64,000 nt of DNA from contig NC_043004.1 of NCBI RefSeq assembly GCF_006345805.1, positions 18,848,001-18,912,000 on the forward strand, in the 5' to 3' direction. Numbering within the stretch: the stretch's first letter is position 1; each line of letters opens with the position of its first letter. The translations under genes were made by a program, and so were the position numbers. Source of the stretch: Octopus sinensis. Lineage: Eukaryota. This document shows, piece by piece, positions 62,880 to 64,000 of the stretch. The notes below the pieces were generated by a model that was not told the origin of the DNA, did not search any database, and saw only the letters and a program-made list of their open reading frames with translations.

Positions 62880-64000
62880 AAATGTAATAAATGTTTGTTA
62901 AATTCTTGGGCCAATACACATGTCTACAGCTTTTGGTAGCCAGATTTTGTGAAGTTGAGTGTAAAGAACGCGTTTGTAATGCTGTGTGTGTGTGTTGTCT
63001 GTAGTGAGGGTGGAAATAGTTTTTTTCAATGTGAGCCCGTTTTAGTCTATCAACAGAAATAGTGTCTTTACGACCGTTGAGTTTTACGGTGAAAACTTTA
63101 TCTGTACAAGGAAGCACACGAAAGGGTCCTGCATACAGTGCTGTTAAAGGATGTTTAATGGCATCATTGCAAACAAAAACACGAGTCCAGGAAGAACAGT
63201 CCTCAGGTGAATGTGTTTTAATCTCTTATTTCCTGGTGTTCATATGTGATAGCTTTGATATATAACCACGCAAGCGTTCAATGAAACTTGTAGTGTCGAT
63301 ATCTTGTGTGTTTGCAGGAACAATCATCTGACCAGGCAGCGTCAAGGAAGAACCATGAAGTAATTCTGAAGGAGAATATCCAATATCTTCTTTGATAGAA
63401 GAGCGGAGACCCAAGAGAACAATAGGAAGAAATTTAATCCATCGAGATGAATCAGTAGAAGCACACAACGCAGCTTTAAGCTGTCGATGAAATCTTTCGA
63501 TCATATCGTTCGATGCTGGGTGGTAACTAGTGGAATGGATGTGATTACTTCCTAAAATCTTGATAAGCTCCTGGAAAAGCCTTAGCTTCACATTGACGTC
63601 CGCGGTCTATTGTTATCTTTACAGGTGTTCCGAAACGAGAGATCCATCCTGTGACTAAAGCTTGTGCCACAGTTAGAGAAGAGATGCCTGTGAGTGGAAT
63701 AACTTCTGACCAGCGAGAAAATCGGTCGATATAGTTAATGAAAACGTGTAGCCCAGACTCGCAGGCCGAGGTCCTACTATATCAACATATATGTGCTGGA
63801 ATCGTGCATCTGGAGTGAAGAAAGTACTTAACGGTGCACGGAAATGTTTATGTACCTTGGATCTTTGACAATCAACACAGGTACGAGTCCATTTAGCTAT
63901 GTGTTGACGTATGTTCGGCCAAAAGAAACGAGCTGAAATAAGCTTCAATGTCACTATGATACGAGAATGTGAAATGTGTAGTGCTGAGAAAACGATACAG
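62880..64000 (-). mobile_element. Ty3/Gypsy integrase remnant, running off the window
   Basis: ARFFWPNIRQHIAKWTRTCVDCQRSK (zinc finger), RFQHIYVDIVGP, YHPASNDMIERFHRQLK, YAGPFRV...ISVDRLK (GPY/F); frameshifted. Confidence 0.9.

Overview
AT-rich, microsatellite-laden eukaryotic DNA in which I found no credible host protein-coding exon. The repeat landscape (tRNA-derived SINEs, TAA-targeting Dong/R4 retrotransposons, Chapaev3, mariner, Penelope) suggests an octopus-like animal; this is inference. The window holds nested, mostly decayed elements: at least three Dong/R4-clade families stacked in (TAA)n tracts, two copies with uninterrupted ORFs; Chapaev3-type and mariner remnants; a Merlin-like foldback element with ~615-bp modular TIRs and an 8-bp TSD; RTE, Tx1 and Gypsy fragments; and Penelope-like (PLE) RT and GIY-YIG remnants. 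The most striking signal is RNA-based. At 52899-54334 a non-coding ~479-nt unit carries a well-formed type I hammerhead ribozyme. It is present as ~2 tandem copies plus one inverted, circularly permuted full monomer, all inside a (TA)n tract, which fits a circular-RNA retrozyme. Other unrelated short repeats also carry minimal hammerhead motifs, including a G3-C8 core-swap variant (5551-5601) and a tRNA-headed, SMalpha-like SINE with a hammerhead (48858-49205). All calls were made by eye; family names are provisional until checked by database searches.
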